Shown piece after piece: positions 48,501 through 50,779 of a DNA stretch of 50,779 nt. This DNA is from Macrostomum lignano (taxonomy: Eukaryota): NCBI GenBank assembly GCA_002269645.1, contig NIVC01004314.1, positions 1 through 50,779 of the forward strand, read 5' to 3'. The stretch's first letter is position 1. Every line of letters starts with the position of its first letter. The notes under the pieces are model-generated. The model was not told where the DNA came from and ran no database searches. It saw only the letters and a list, made by a program, of their open reading frames with translations. The position numbers and the translations under genes are program-made.

Positions 48501-50530
48501 AGGCAGCTTCATGCAGCAGGGCCAGGATTTCTATCCATTCGCCATGAGCCCCCGGACTGTTTTGGCGTTCTGGTGGATGCTCACTGTGATCATTTTTGGC
48601 ACCTATACAGGTAAGTGTAGTGAGTGAAACGAGACTAGACTGCTTGTTGTATAGGACTCGTTATTCTGCGCAAATCTGCGCTTGCGTGCGCATTTTCGCG
48701 AACTACAGGGTTGCTGTAGTTTGTTTTTGTTGTTGTTGTTGTCGTTGTCGTCGATAGTTGCCGAAAGCTTGCAGGCGAGAAGAATTGCGATCAGTATATT
48801 TATTGAGTAATTGAGCTGAGTCAAGCTAAAGTCGCACCATGCACATTTGATATTGTACGCATAAGGGGAGAGCTAGCAGAATCACGCGGCGCAGCCGCTA
48901 ACAACCGCCCCAACACACACGATAGTAGGCGCTGCCTACAGTAAGTGTTCGAAAAGCCTTTTTGAGGCAAACGCTTTGTAGCTCGTATAGAAACATGAGC
49001 ACAGTTTGTTTTTTAATGCCGCTATAAACTCCTATATCCGTCCCGATGAAGGCGATTTGACCTCAAAACTGGCCGTGACGGTTTCCAAGTACCCAATCGA
49101 AAGCCTGGAACAGCTGGTGTCCCTGCCGCAGTACAAGGCCATGGTGCCGCTCGGGACCAACATCTACTCTTCGATGATGGCCGCCACAGAGGGACCGCTG
49201 GTCAAGCTGCGGCAGATGAAAGTGCTGACGCAGTCCTTTGACACCTGCGCCATGAGTGTGAGCTACTAGCGCCAGCTGTACAAGCGCATTTGCACCAAAC
49301 CACAGTTCATTACACAAGCTTAAGCTGCAATCAAACTGCTTTCAATTCTTTCAGCTGATTACCAGCACGGATCCTTACCTGGTGTGCATCTCTGACGTGA
49401 ACGTGAACCTTCTGTACGCCAGCCGGTACTGCCAGTACGTGTACAATGTTTACAACTACTTCAATCCGTACTACATTGCAATCGCCTTTCCAAAGGACTC
49501 ATATTATATCGATGCATTCAACTTTTTGTAAGTAAAACTTCATTCTGACGCTTTGCGATGCTCTTTAATGCGTTTATATTAGTCTCAAAACGAAAATCTG
49601 AAACGAAAGGCAAAATGAACTCTTGGATTGGCAAATGGTGCTTTCAAGTAGCTTGTACTTATAATTTGTGGTTCACGCACATCAGTAAAACAAATTTAAC
49701 TTTATTCAAATTTCAAAAATTTTATGAAAAGCAGCTGTAAGTTATTATCCAAAAACTAAACTATTAAAACTGACTAAACTTAGATGTTGCAGTAACACGT
49801 GGGATGCATTTGCATGTATTAACAGCTAGAAATTTTTTCTGCTTGAATCGAATACTTCTAGTTAATATTTGGTATTGTCTTTAAGTGACTAATGGTACTA
49901 TATTTAAATTCGAAAACTTCTTATTGTTATTTTAGGTTCTTTTCGTAAATCTATGCGTATAATTTTTGGCCTACGAGCTACAATGTTACGACGTTAAGAC
50001 GAAAGAACGTCATTAAGAAAACGTAAAAAATTAGCAAAACAATTAGATCTCTGGGAAATAAAGCCAGGTGTCATCGTTATATTTCACCGTTATATTTTAG
50101 TTTAGCCCTAAATACCAATTAAAGGCAAATTAAAATTTCGCTAATGAAACTAAGAAACTTTTGATTCAATAATCATACAGACTTTTTAATAACTCTTTAT
50201 TAATATTATCTTATCTTTTTATAATAACTCATACTTATTATTCTGGGTACGAAAGCGTAAAGGCAGCATTTGCCTGCCAATTGCAGCATTCAGCGTGGCA
50301 AAGCTGCGGGCGTGGTCGACCTGATCAACAGCAAGTACATTCCACTGACCTCAGACTGCGGCACGGGCGCCACAGCGGCTGCCGAGGCGGCGGCCATCCC
50401 GCTGGAGGGCGTGGGAGGCGCCTACATCCTCAGCTTGGGGCTGTACGTGTGCGGCTTCCTCATCCTGCTGGTGGAGCTGCTCTGGGTGATCCTCATGAAG
50501 AAGGAAACGCTGGATTTTCCAGGATTTTGA
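45512..50530 (+). CDS. Divergent ionotropic glutamate receptor / IR-family subunit with ATD (SP-ATD-S1-M1-M2-M3-S2-M4), at least 13 exons
   Basis: Exons: 45512-~45715/45746, an unresolved small exon or exons in 45750-46090, ~46090/46097-46227, 46313-46423, 46496-46677, 46740-46952, 47032-47184, 47373-47606, 47846-47943, 48016-48109, 48196-48610, 49052-49257, 49355-49527, 50287-50530. Phases are consistent from 46227 onward. Motifs: IVVLCD, FPNKFIDFKNRTLRV, EADI...RSKVIDYS, IGSFMQQG, PIESLEQL, IAFPKDS, M4 with ILLVELLW. Confidence 0.88.
48196..48610 (+). CDS. iGluR/IR exon: end of S1, M1, M2 pore loop and M3
   Basis: EADITIPMAINTFRSKVIDYSQEYM...DTWLLIVCMLLLVPGVIFLFARLSPF...WSAIGSFMQQG...FWWMLTVIIFGTYT. 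Acceptor TTGCAG|, donor G|GTAAGT. Confidence 0.93.
49052..49527 (+). CDS. iGluR/IR S2 exons (49052-49257 and 49355-49527)
   Basis: DLTSKLAVTVSKYPIESLEQLV...GTNIY, then LVCISDVNVN...YC...YYIAIAFPKDS. GT-AG sites with phases 1/0/2. Confidence 0.82.
50287..50530 (+). CDS. iGluR/IR last exon: end of S2, M4 and a very short C-tail
   Basis: IQRGKAAGVV...SDC...IPLEGVGGAYILSLGLYVCGFLILLVELLW...PGF*. Acceptor AATTGCAG|C matches the phase-2 donor at 49528. Confidence 0.88.
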
Positions 50531-50779
50531 GACTGCTCAGATCTCCGAATACTTTTCATTTGTGGTCTGCTCTGATATTAGACTTGCAGTGAAGTCTACA
50601 AATGCACCTATTAATTCGCACCTGAGCTCACGTCTACGGTAGAGTGAGTCTGATGCGATACAAGACAAGCACTTTATTCCCACACGTACGCTCGTACCAC
50701 AGATATAGGGAGCAAAAAAAGTCATTTAATTTGGATTCAACTCTAAGGTAACCCCACGGCATAGAGTAATGTTTTCTGA

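Overview
Eukaryotic (metazoan) genomic DNA with GC-rich exons, GT-AG introns and many intronic minisatellites. The style resembles a Macrostomum-type flatworm assembly, but that is inference only. Bases 1-18.1 kb are mostly tandem repeats, dominated by a nearly homogeneous 118-bp satellite of about 104 copies (2474-14799). Three spliced genes can be reconstructed by hand with consistent intron phases. (1) A minus-strand, 9-exon MuSK/Nrk/Ror-family receptor tyrosine kinase (SP-Ig-Ig-Frizzled CRD-kringle-TM-kinase, about 954 aa, 31327->18867) with a degenerate catalytic loop (FRD). (2) A plus-strand, 3-exon BAMBI-like TGF-beta/BMP pseudoreceptor (39540-43752). (3) A plus-strand divergent ionotropic glutamate receptor/IR with an ATD (45512-50530) and a heavily rewritten M3 gate motif. 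Between genes 1 and 2 lies a roughly 4-kb CpG desert containing a decayed P-element-like transposase fragment and a duplication whose copies differ mostly at CA/TG/TA dinucleotides. Most long ORFs in the supplied track are repeat artefacts. There is no prokaryotic system, CRISPR array, rRNA or tRNA. All alignments and counts were done by eye.
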